A stretch of 64,000 nt of DNA, from NCBI GenBank assembly GCA_965116905.1, contig OZ220732.1, forward strand, positions 4,032,001 to 4,096,000. The letters run 5' to 3'. This document shows positions 43,179-51,636 of the stretch, piece after piece (the first letter of the stretch is position 1; each line of letters starts with the position of its first letter). Made by a program: the position numbers and the translations under genes. Below the pieces are notes generated by a model that saw nothing but the letters and a program-made list of their open reading frames with translations, was not told the DNA's origin and ran no database searches. Source of the DNA: Longimicrobiales bacterium. GTDB lineage: Bacteria; Gemmatimonadota; Gemmatimonadetes; Longimicrobiales; Gaopeijiaceae.

Positions 43179-44372
43179 ATGAAGATGGTACGCACCGGTT
43201 CCATACTCGTCGTTTCGGCCGCACTGCTCGCGGCCTCCGCCCCCGCCTGCGCCCAGTCCGACATCCAGCAATCGGACATCCGGCAGTCGGACATCCACCG
43301 GACGGCGCTCCACGATTACCGCGTGGTCACCGTCGCCGACGGCTTCGTGGTGCCCTGGTCGATGGCGTTCCTGCCCAACGGCGACATGCTGGTCACCGAG
43401 CGGGGAGGCACACTGCGCATCGTCCGCGACGGCATGCTTCTGCCCGACCCGGTCGAGGGCATCCCCGAGGTGGTCGCACGCGGACAGGGCGGCCTCCTGG
43501 AGGTGCTCCCGCACCCGGACTTCGCGACCAACCGCCTGATTTACATCAGCTATTCCAAGGCCACCGGCAACTCGCCCGGCGGCACGACGTCGGTGATCCG
43601 CGGCACCTTCGAGAACGACCGCTTCACGATGACCGACCAGATCTTCGAGGCCGTTTCCGAGGGCAACGGGCACTACGGGTGCAAGCTCGCCTTCGACGAC
43701 GACGGCTACCTGTTCCTCACGGTCGGCGACCGTCAGGCTCGCCCGGCAGGCGACCTCGCCGCCCACCCGGCCCAGGACATCCGCAACCACCACGGCGTCA
43801 TCGTGCGGCTGCACGACGACGGCAGCATTCCCGACGACAACCCGTTCGTGGGCCAGGTGGACGCGCGGCCCGAGATCTGGAGCTACGGCCACCGCAACCC
43901 GCAGGGGCTCGCGATCCAGCCCGGCACCGGCGCCGTCTGGTCCACCGAGCACGGCCCCCAGGGCGGCGACGAGGTGAACGTCTCGACCCCCGGCGCAAAC
44001 TACGGCTGGCCGGTGATCGGCTACGGCGTGAACTACCGCTCCGGCAGCGCCATCCATGAAGCGACGCACATGGAGGGGATGGAGCAGCCGATGCACATCT
44101 GGGTGCCCTCGATCGGCGCGTCCGGGCTGGCCTTCTACACGGGCGACAAGTTCCCGGAGTGGCAGGGCAACCTGTTCGCCGGCGGCCTCGCGGGTCAGCG
44201 CATCGACCGGCTCACCATCGAGGACGGGCGGGTCGTCGCGAGCGAGACGATTCTCCAGGGGATGGGCCGCGTGCGCGACGTGCGCCAGGGCCCGGACGGG
44301 TTCATCTACGTCGCCCTCGAGGCGCGTGGCGACGGCGAGACCCCGATCGTGAGGCTGGAGCCGGTCGGCTAG
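43179..44372 (+). CDS. PQQ-dependent glucose/sorbosone (aldose sugar) dehydrogenase
   Basis: PWSMAFLPNG.MLVTER, GQGGLL, YGHRNPQG, EHGPQGGDEVN, NYGWP and GRVRDV.QGPDG. Confidence 0.92.
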   Translation: MKMVRTGSILVVSAALLAASAPACAQSDIQQSDIRQSDIHRTALHDYRVVTVADGFVVPWSMAFLPNGDMLVTERGGTLRIVRDGMLLPDPVEGIPEVVARGQGGLLEVLPHPDFATNRLIYISYSKATGNSPGGTTSVIRGTFENDRFTMTDQIFEAVSEGNGHYGCKLAFDDDGYLFLTVGDRQARPAGDLAAHPAQDIRNHHGVIVRLHDDGSIPDDNPFVGQVDARPEIWSYGHRNPQGLAIQPGTGAVWSTEHGPQGGDEVNVSTPGANYGWPVIGYGVNYRSGSAIHEATHMEGMEQPMHIWVPSIGASGLAFYTGDKFPEWQGNLFAGGLAGQRIDRLTIEDGRVVASETILQGMGRVRDVRQGPDGFIYVALEARGDGETPIVRLEPVG

Positions 44373-44421
44373 GAGCCATCACGCCGGTTTCGGGACGAGA
44401 TCCGGAGAGAGCACGTTGCCC

Positions 44422-46449
44422 TCACATCTTCCCGAAACGCACCCCCTTCGTCCGGCCGTTCGACACGGTAAACCCGGTCACCGCGCCGCCGCCGGAGCGC
44501 TCGAACGCGATGGTGTTCAGGAAGATGAGTTCCGTCGAGAACTCGTCGCCGTCCGTGTGCTGCATCGCCAGCGGCTCAGCCATCTCGATATGGCTCAGGA
44601 CCAGGCCGCCGTCCTCGACCGCGACTTCGTAGAAGGTCTCCAGCTCCTCCGAGTAGTAGCGGCCGACGTACGCGGCGAGGTCCTCTTCGGCGAGTCCGGT
44701 CCGATCCACGCGCCGCATGGATATCTCGAGTCCGGACTGGACCAGCGTGCCCGTGCTCGTTGTGCCGTCGGCGTCGAAATCGAAGGTGAACTCGGCGCTG
44801 ACCGATGCGATCTCGAGGGTCGAGTCCGATGTCGGCCGCGCCGCGGTCCGGCCCTGCCCCTGCACGTCGACGAAGACGTCACCGTCCTCCACGGCAACCG
44901 TCATGGCCAGGGTGATGCCCTGCGTCTCGAGCACCCAGTCCCCCCTGATTGCCAGCTTGCGCGCGTCCGACATGCCCTCGTCCCCGGCCGACTCGTCCGC
45001 CGCGTCGTCGGCGTCGGCCTCGGCGGCGTCCTCCGCTTCGTCGTCGCCTTCGGCTTCGTCGAAATGCTCCGCGAAGAACATCTCGCCGATCTCGCCGCCG
45101 ACCGACAGGTCGAAGGCCGCGTTGTTGCTCATGAGGATCACGCCGCTCTCAAGCTCGGGGTAATAGCTCAGATAGGCGCGGTGCGAGACATCGCCGCCCG
45201 TGTGCGTGTACAGGGTGCGGCCGCCCTGTTCGCCCAGGCCGAGCCCCAGCCCGTAGCCGGTTGAGTCGCCCGACTCGAGGACCGCCGTGGTGGCGATGGC
45301 CTCGATGGCCTCCGGCCCGCCCACCGTCGCGTCGCGGTAGTTGAGCATCCAGCGGGTCAGGTCGTCCACCGTGGTGTAGACGCCCCCGGCGCCCGCCGAC
45401 GATGCGAGATCCCGCGTCGTCCGGTACCCGCCGCCTGCCTCCGGGCTGTAACCCTGGGCGCTGCCGGGAATGAGTTCGCCCTGCACCATCTTGACGCGGG
45501 TGTCCACCATGCCCAGCGGCTGGAAGACGTTGTCGCGCATGTAGTCCGCGAACGACTGCCCGCTCGCCCGCTCGATCGCCAGGGAGACGAGGATGTAGCC
45601 GGTGTTGTTGTAGTTCCACTCGGTGTTCGGGAGCGCCTGCAGTTCCGGCTGGCGCTGCACGATGGCGATCGCGCGCTCGCGGGAGAACGCGTCCTCGCCC
45701 TGGTGGCCGCCGATCGGCAGCAGGTTGTAGATCTCCCGGTAGCCGCCGGTGTGGTTGAGCAGGTTGCGGATCGTGACCGGGGTTCCGAAGTCGCGAAGCT
45801 CGGGGATGTGCGTCCGGATGTCGTCGTCGAGCGACATCTTGCCCTGCGCCTGGAGCGTCAGCACGCCCATCGCGGTGAACTGCTTGGTGACCGACCCGAT
45901 GTTGGAGATGGTCCCGCGCTGCCAGGGGATCCCGTGCGACAGGTTGGCCATCCCCACGGTGTGCACGTGCGCCAACTCGCCGTTGTCGACCACCGCGGCG
46001 ACCGCGCCGGGCCGGCCGTCGCCGTCGTAGACCGCCATCATCTGGTCGAGCCGCGCCGACGGATCGGTGGCAATGGGCTCGGACCGCAGCACGCTGAATC
46101 TGAACTCGCCGGCCTCATCGGTCGTGTCGTTGGCGGTAATCGCGACTTCGTAGGCGCCCGCCGCTTCGGTCTCGAACCGGATGGTCTCGACTCCGCGCGT
46201 GCGGCCGTCCACCTCGCTCACCGTTTCGCCGTCGGGGCCCGTGACGGTGACCGTGAAGTCGTTGGAGACCTGGTCCACCTCGGCCAGAAAGAACGTCTCC
46301 GCGTCCAGGTCGAAGGTGTGGACCTGACCGTCCGACTGCATCGGGGGCATGTCCGGGGCAGCGCAGGCCGCGGCGAGCGCGCCAAGCGCGGTGAGCGCGG
46401 TGAGCAGGATCAGGGTCGCAGGGGTGGCAGTGCTTCGCATCTTCATCAT
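44422..46449 (-). CDS. Serine hydrolase (beta-lactamase/PBP family) lipoprotein with N-terminal PPC-like domain
   Basis: LAAAC lipobox, GSVTK (SxxK), YNN (YxN), LLNHTGG and HTGG. Confidence 0.88.
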   Translation of the reverse strand: MMKMRSTATPATLILLTALTALGALAAACAAPDMPPMQSDGQVHTFDLDAETFFLAEVDQVSNDFTVTVTGPDGETVSEVDGRTRGVETIRFETEAAGAYEVAITANDTTDEAGEFRFSVLRSEPIATDPSARLDQMMAVYDGDGRPGAVAAVVDNGELAHVHTVGMANLSHGIPWQRGTISNIGSVTKQFTAMGVLTLQAQGKMSLDDDIRTHIPELRDFGTPVTIRNLLNHTGGYREIYNLLPIGGHQGEDAFSRERAIAIVQRQPELQALPNTEWNYNNTGYILVSLAIERASGQSFADYMRDNVFQPLGMVDTRVKMVQGELIPGSAQGYSPEAGGGYRTTRDLASSAGAGGVYTTVDDLTRWMLNYRDATVGGPEAIEAIATTAVLESGDSTGYGLGLGLGEQGGRTLYTHTGGDVSHRAYLSYYPELESGVILMSNNAAFDLSVGGEIGEMFFAEHFDEAEGDDEAEDAAEADADDAADESAGDEGMSDARKLAIRGDWVLETQGITLAMTVAVEDGDVFVDVQGQGRTAARPTSDSTLEIASVSAEFTFDFDADGTTSTGTLVQSGLEISMRRVDRTGLAEEDLAAYVGRYYSEELETFYEVAVEDGGLVLSHIEMAEPLAMQHTDGDEFSTELIFLNTIAFERSGGGAVTGFTVSNGRTKGVRFGKM

Positions 46450-46509
46450 TCCTTCCCGACTGTTGTGAATGGGCCGGCCGGCCGTCGCGGCGAACGCGAC
46501 AGCGCGGAG

Positions 46510-47169
46510 TCAGCCGCTCTCTCTCCAACGAACCACCTCGATCGCATCCGCCCCTCCGCACTGGCTCGCCAGGGTGATTGCGCCCTCGACCACCACCTCG
46601 TCGCCGGGACTCAGTCCCTCCAGGTCGCCGCTCAGCGCGTACATGTACTGGTCGTTGTCGCGCAGCGTGACGCACCCCAGCCCCTCGTCCGTGATCCGGC
46701 CCGTCCGCTGCACCATCCCGTTCTCGTCGGTCACGTGGAACGGGTCCGAAATGCCGATGGGACTGAAGACGCCGTTGAAGACGATGAAGACCAGCGGACG
46801 CTCCCAGTTGGCGTAGCCGGGCACCCTGACCGTCGCCGACACTTCGCCCCAGATGTCCTGCGTGCCTTCGGCGAGCGCCTCGAAGCCCGCGCGCATCGCG
46901 CCGACCCCGACGTGGATCCTGGCCTGGGGCGGCAGGTTTTCGGTGTAGATCTCGACAACCGTGCCTGAAGGGCCGATCCTGGGCTCGACCGACTGGATGT
47001 GCCGGAGCGAGTCGATGGTCGCGTAGACGCGCTCGCGCTGGGCGGCGGCATCGGGGGCCGTGACGGCGGCGAGGAGCGGCAGCGTGGCCAGGGCGAGCAG
47101 GCCGCGGCGGGTCGCGGGTCGGATGCGGCGGGCGGGGCTTGGAATCGGGCGGGACTGGCGGGCGATCAT
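46510..47169 (-). CDS. Hypothetical secreted protein
   Basis: RR-containing signal; C-terminal GRITDEGLGCVTLR...Y.L.G...GD.V.V.G...SQC small OB-like domain. Confidence 0.55.
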   Translation of the reverse strand: MIARQSRPIPSPARRIRPATRRGLLALATLPLLAAVTAPDAAAQRERVYATIDSLRHIQSVEPRIGPSGTVVEIYTENLPPQARIHVGVGAMRAGFEALAEGTQDIWGEVSATVRVPGYANWERPLVFIVFNGVFSPIGISDPFHVTDENGMVQRTGRITDEGLGCVTLRDNDQYMYALSGDLEGLSPGDEVVVEGAITLASQCGGADAIEVVRWRESG

Positions 47170-47299
47170 CGGGGCACCTCCAACTGCGCAGGGCTTGGGC
47201 CGTGGCGCGACAGCGCACCGTGTCAACTTGTGGCGGCGGGGCGCGGGAAGCTAGTGTGCGCGCCGAGGCACGTGTCGGCCGAACAATGGAGAGGTGTTT

Positions 47300-48523
47300 G
47301 TGAACAAGAGAGCGGCGTTAGTCAACCGGAGAGAGGCCCTGGCGCTGATGGCGGCGGGTGTGGGCACGGCCGCCTGCGCGCCCGAGGGCGCGACAGACGG
47401 CGGTTCGGGGCCTGGCGAGGGCTCGAGCGTGGCACCCGGAGCGGGCGCTGGAAGCGGGGGTGACGGCGCGGCCGGGATCTGGGTGAAGGATCCCTCCCGG
47501 TTCGTCCAACACGGCACCAACCTCGAGACCCGCCTGGAGGACCTCGAAGGCTTCCTCACCCCGAACGACCTCTTCTTCGTGCGCAACCACGCGCCGACCC
47601 CGGTGATTGATCCGGCTTCGTATGTGCTGAGCGTGGGCGGGCCGGGGGCGGCGTCCGAGGTCCAGCTGACTCTGGACGATCTGCGCGCGCTGCCCAGCCA
47701 GACCCTGATCGCGTACATCGAGTGCGCGGGGAACTGGCGCGGCTTCTTCCAGTCGGTTACGGGGCGCACGGCGGCGGGCAGCCAGTGGGGCACGGGGGCG
47801 ATCGGGTGTGCCGAGTGGACCGGTCCCAGCCTCGCCGACGTGCTGGCGGTCGCGGGTGTGCGCGACGATGCGCTCGAGGTGAACGTGATCGGGCTCGACG
47901 ACGGCGCGTGGGAGCGCCCGATGCCGCTCGAGAAGGCACTCGACCCGGCCACGATTCTGGCCCTCACCATGAATGGCGAACCTCTGCCGCCCGATCACGG
48001 CTTTCCCGTGCGCGCGGTGGTCCCCGGCTGGGTGGGGTCGTCCAGCGTGAAATGGGTGGGGCGCGTCGAGGTGGCCACCGAGAAGGTGTGGGTGCGGGCG
48101 AACACGTCGTCGTATGTGCTGGTGGGCGAGGAGTGGCCCGCGGACCGGTACGCGCCCGCCGACGGCGCACCGATCACGACGGGCAGCGTGAAGAGCGCGT
48201 TGGCGTTGCCGCGGCCGGCTCGGCTGGCCCCCGGGACGCACAGGCTGAGGGGGTTCGCCTACTCGCCGCGAGGACCGGTGGCGAGCGTGGAGTGGAGCGC
48301 GGACGACGGACCGTGGGCGCCGGCGCGTCTGATCGGGGCGTCGGCCGATCATCCCTACGCCTGGAGCCGCTTCGAGTTCGAGTGGGAGGCGGGGGCGGGC
48401 GCACACGTCTTGCGCACTCGGGCCACCGACGCGTCGGGAGACACCCAGCCGCTGGAAGGCGTCTACAACGAGAAGGGCTACCTGCTGAACGTGGCGCTGC
48501 CACACCCGGTGGAAGTGGGGTGA
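47300..48523 (+). CDS. Sulfite oxidase family molybdoenzyme (SorA/SoxC-like), Tat-exported
   Basis: NRREAL Tat motif, FFVRNH, ECAGN (Mo-ligand Cys), DHGFPVRAVVPGWVG..SVKW and C-terminal Ig-like dimerisation domain. Confidence 0.9.
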   Translation: MNKRAALVNRREALALMAAGVGTAACAPEGATDGGSGPGEGSSVAPGAGAGSGGDGAAGIWVKDPSRFVQHGTNLETRLEDLEGFLTPNDLFFVRNHAPTPVIDPASYVLSVGGPGAASEVQLTLDDLRALPSQTLIAYIECAGNWRGFFQSVTGRTAAGSQWGTGAIGCAEWTGPSLADVLAVAGVRDDALEVNVIGLDDGAWERPMPLEKALDPATILALTMNGEPLPPDHGFPVRAVVPGWVGSSSVKWVGRVEVATEKVWVRANTSSYVLVGEEWPADRYAPADGAPITTGSVKSALALPRPARLAPGTHRLRGFAYSPRGPVASVEWSADDGPWAPARLIGASADHPYAWSRFEFEWEAGAGAHVLRTRATDASGDTQPLEGVYNEKGYLLNVALPHPVEVG

Positions 48524-48915
48524 ATGCCGCCAGGGGCCTCCGGCGTGCGCTGCCGATCGCCTCGACCTGCTGGCTCGTTGGCTGCTCTCCCGACGCCGAA
48601 GCGCCCGAGACCCCCGCGGTCGACGGCGAATGGGCCTACACGGTGCGCTGCAGCTACTGCCACGAGGTGCCGAACGGCATCGGGGCCGCCGTCACGCCCG
48701 GCGTGCTGGCGGCGTATTCCACGGTGGGGCAGCTCGACCGCTATCTCAGGGTGGCCATGCCGCACGAGGCGCCCGGCAGCCTGCCGGACGCCGAGTACGA
48801 CGCGATCCTCCGGTACCTGATCGAGAGCCGCGAGATGGTGCCCGGAGCGGCTGGCGACTGGCCGCTGCCGGATTCGACGCGGCTGCGGTCGTTGACCGGA
48901 CCGGGCGATGGATAG
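48520..48915 (+). CDS. Monoheme cytochrome c lipoprotein (SorB-like partner)
   Basis: GTG start overlaps the upstream stop; LVGC lipobox, CSYCH heme motif and distal AMP..APGSL. Confidence 0.8.
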   Translation: MNAARGLRRALPIASTCWLVGCSPDAEAPETPAVDGEWAYTVRCSYCHEVPNGIGAAVTPGVLAAYSTVGQLDRYLRVAMPHEAPGSLPDAEYDAILRYLIESREMVPGAAGDWPLPDSTRLRSLTGPGDG

Positions 48916-48935
48916 AGGTCGCGATAGTCCAGTTT

Positions 48936-50153
48936 CTACTCAGGCAGGCTGGTCAGACGCCTGACCTCGGCGCGGGGAACATCGAAGACGTTCACGCGGC
49001 GCAGCAGAAGCAGGTCTCCAGTCGCGTCGAGCAACCTGTCCTCTCCTTCCATCCTGACCGTGAAGAGGAGTTGTGCCCGATCAATGTCCCACACCCGCCA
49101 GGTTACACTATCCTGATCCGGGAGGCGGTAGTCCCTCACCCAGAGTCTCGCGTCAAAGTCCGTCAGGAGCGTGTCGATCGGGGGCGCGACGTCGTTGATC
49201 GGCCAATCCGAATACTTTTCCGCTATTTCGGCGTCGTCCACACCTCCGGCGCCTTCGGGCAGCTGACCTCTTTCGGCGGCTCTTCTGAAGAACGCCATGA
49301 ACTCCTGCTCCTGCGTAACACGCAACTCCCGCCCAGCCTGCACCTGTGCCGCGGACAATCTCACGCCGGCCGGCATGGGAACCTCCGCAACCTCATTGCC
49401 GCTCCAATCCAGCACCGCGATGGCTCCGCGCTCGGTGTCGGCGATGATGAGACGGTCTTCCGTCGCGGCCTCGAAGGTCCGGTGCCCCATTGTCACGGCG
49501 TCGCTTCGATGATCTCCGTAGTACATCTCCTTGCCCTTCGCCTCTGCGATTCGATGGAGTTCGCCGTTGTCCAGGACCGCGACATACCAGGCCGGGTCCG
49601 AGAGGCGACCCATGCCAAACTCCATGAATCTGCCGGGCCCGTCACGAAAGACGATGTGGCCGTCAGTGCCAACGCCCACAGGACGGGAAGAGAAGACATC
49701 CTGAAACGGCACCTGCCTGTAGCTCCGCGAACTCAGAAACTCGCCGTCGTAGGCAATGAGCACCACGCGACGGCGAGGGAAGTCCCAGACCAGGATGCCC
49801 TGCGGCGCGTGGTTTGCGCGCGAGACGTGGCCGAACTCCTCTGGACCCTCCCCCCTCCGTCCGACCACACGAGTTTCACCGGACATGAGGTCGACCATGT
49901 GGATCTCGCCTCGCTCCACCAGCGCGAGGCCGCTGTCCGGCAGAAAGAGGCCGCCCACGATACCAGGTAGTTCGGAAAGGTCCGGATGCTCCGAGGAATC
50001 GAAGATGGACTCGCCCACCGTGCGGGTGGGAACGCCGTTTTCGGCAACGGCATCAGACCCGTCGTGAGTGACCGGGCCATTGGGTCGCAGGAGCACAATC
50101 GCGAGCACCCCCAGAACTGCGATCCCGACGATCCACTTCCTTCGGTCAGCCAT
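48936..50153 (-). CDS. Hypothetical 6-bladed beta-propeller-like protein
   Basis: N-terminal TM anchor, VGRRGEGPEEF motif, DARLWVRDY...W.V.D and C-terminal D.FDVP. Confidence 0.65.
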   Translation of the reverse strand: MADRRKWIVGIAVLGVLAIVLLRPNGPVTHDGSDAVAENGVPTRTVGESIFDSSEHPDLSELPGIVGGLFLPDSGLALVERGEIHMVDLMSGETRVVGRRGEGPEEFGHVSRANHAPQGILVWDFPRRRVVLIAYDGEFLSSRSYRQVPFQDVFSSRPVGVGTDGHIVFRDGPGRFMEFGMGRLSDPAWYVAVLDNGELHRIAEAKGKEMYYGDHRSDAVTMGHRTFEAATEDRLIIADTERGAIAVLDWSGNEVAEVPMPAGVRLSAAQVQAGRELRVTQEQEFMAFFRRAAERGQLPEGAGGVDDAEIAEKYSDWPINDVAPPIDTLLTDFDARLWVRDYRLPDQDSVTWRVWDIDRAQLLFTVRMEGEDRLLDATGDLLLLRRVNVFDVPRAEVRRLTSLPE

Positions 50154-50166
50154 GATCCAGCTTGCC

Positions 50167-50207
50167 AATCGTGCATATTTGCAAATCAAATGCAAAAATG
50201 CGAGATT
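50167..50207. promoter_or_regulatory. AT-rich 17-bp inverted repeat upstream of the AAA-DUF4143 gene
   Basis: AATCGTGCATATTTGCA-N7-TGCAAAAATGCGAGATT; 14 of 17 positions are complementary. Confidence 0.6.
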
Positions 50208-50245
50208 CAGAAGCACCAGTCGGCGTTCTTCCACGTGACACGGTC

Positions 50246-51466
50246 ATGACGAAATATATCCGCCGATCCCTCGAGCCGGTCCTCCAAAGAGCCGCCACGG
50301 AGTTCCCGGCCGTTGTGCTAACCGGCCCCAGACAATCCGGAAAGACCACGCTGCTCAAGCACCTGTTCGCCGGCAGCCACGGTTACGTGTCCCTCGAGCT
50401 TCCCGACATTCGGGCGTCCGCCGAGGGAGACCCGCGGTCCTTTCTCGCCCGCTTTCCCCCGCCGGTCATCTACGACGAGGTCCAGTTCGTACCCGGCTTG
50501 CTCCCCTACATCAAGGAACTCATCGACGAAGACCGCAGCCGGGCCGGACAGTTCCTGCTGTCCGGATCCCAGAACCTGCTTCTCAACGAGAGGATTACGG
50601 AGTCGCTACCTGGGCGTGCTGCGATCCTCCACCTGCTGCCGATGTCCGGACGTGAGGCCGTGGGCAAGGTCGACGCGCCCCTGGTATGGGAGGCGGATAG
50701 CGGGACCGGATCCAGACAGTCGCTGTCGCCCCGGGATCTCTGGCAACGATTCCTTCGAGGCAGCTACCCCGAGCTTGTGGCGAATCCCGAACGCGACCTT
50801 CATCTCTGGCACTCCAGCTACATCCAGACCTATCTCGAGCGGGATGTGCGCACCCTGCGCCAGGTCGGCGACCTCACCCGGTTCCAGAGCTTTCTGAGGG
50901 CGATCGCAGCGCGGACCGGGCAACTCCTCAACCTGAGCGACGTCGCCCGGGATCTGGGCGTCGCCGTGAACACTGCGAAGGCCTGGCTCTCCGTCCTGGA
51001 AGCGACGTATCAGGTGTTCATCGTGAGGCCCTATTTCGCCAACATCGGCAAGCGGCTGGTGAAGTCCCCGAAGGTCTACTTCGCCGATCTCGGCACGCTC
51101 TGCCACCTCACGGGCCTGAGGGACCCTGACCATGCCGCCTTCGGTCCCCTGGCCGGACCGCTAATGGAGGCTGCGGTGCTTGGTGAGATTGTGAAGACCC
51201 TGACGCACCGCGGCGAACGCCCGCACGTGTACTTCTGGCGAACCTCGGCCGGGGCGGAAGTCGACTTCATCGTCGATGCCGGTCGCGAGCTCATTCCCAT
51301 CGAAGTGAAGACGACGGCTACGCCACGCCCGGCGATGACCCGGGGAATCCGGGGCTTCCGCAACGACCTCGGCGAACGGTGCGGTCCGGGCTTCCTCATT
51401 CACGCCGGGCAGGGCCGGTTGCCAATGGCATCGGGCGTCACCGCCGCCGGATTCGCCGACCTCTAG
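50246..51466 (+). CDS. AAA+ ATPase with DUF4143 domain (AAA_14 family)
   Basis: GPRQSGKT, YDEVQ, SGSQ, ESLPGR, RGSYP, YLERD, KSPKVYFAD.G and EVDF...PIEVK. Confidence 0.92.
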   Translation: MTKYIRRSLEPVLQRAATEFPAVVLTGPRQSGKTTLLKHLFAGSHGYVSLELPDIRASAEGDPRSFLARFPPPVIYDEVQFVPGLLPYIKELIDEDRSRAGQFLLSGSQNLLLNERITESLPGRAAILHLLPMSGREAVGKVDAPLVWEADSGTGSRQSLSPRDLWQRFLRGSYPELVANPERDLHLWHSSYIQTYLERDVRTLRQVGDLTRFQSFLRAIAARTGQLLNLSDVARDLGVAVNTAKAWLSVLEATYQVFIVRPYFANIGKRLVKSPKVYFADLGTLCHLTGLRDPDHAAFGPLAGPLMEAAVLGEIVKTLTHRGERPHVYFWRTSAGAEVDFIVDAGRELIPIEVKTTATPRPAMTRGIRGFRNDLGERCGPGFLIHAGQGRLPMASGVTAAGFADL

Positions 51467-51486
51467 CTCCGCCACTCGTGTCAGCA

Positions 51487-51516
51487 TTAGTACAGTTTAG
51501 CGCGTAAACTAAACTA
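51487..51516. promoter_or_regulatory. AT-rich imperfect palindrome, copy 2 (TAGTACAGTTTA-N5-TAAACTAAACTA)
   Basis: Arms are 10/12 complementary; 24/30 identical to 5815-5844 in inverted orientation; lies between convergent genes. Confidence 0.5.
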
Positions 51517-51636
51517 TGAGCCACACGGCACAGGAGCACACCTCTAGCAGGCACCCCGGGTGAGGTCCCGGCCGCAGCGGGCAAGCCGACCCAGCCGTGC
51601 CCCACCCCTCCGCCCTCCTACCCAAAAGCCCCCTCC

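Noticed and set aside
44422..46449. True beta-lactamase
   Set aside because: The SxxK/YxN/HTG motifs with extra domains fit the broad serine-hydrolase/peptidase family; resistance is unsupported.
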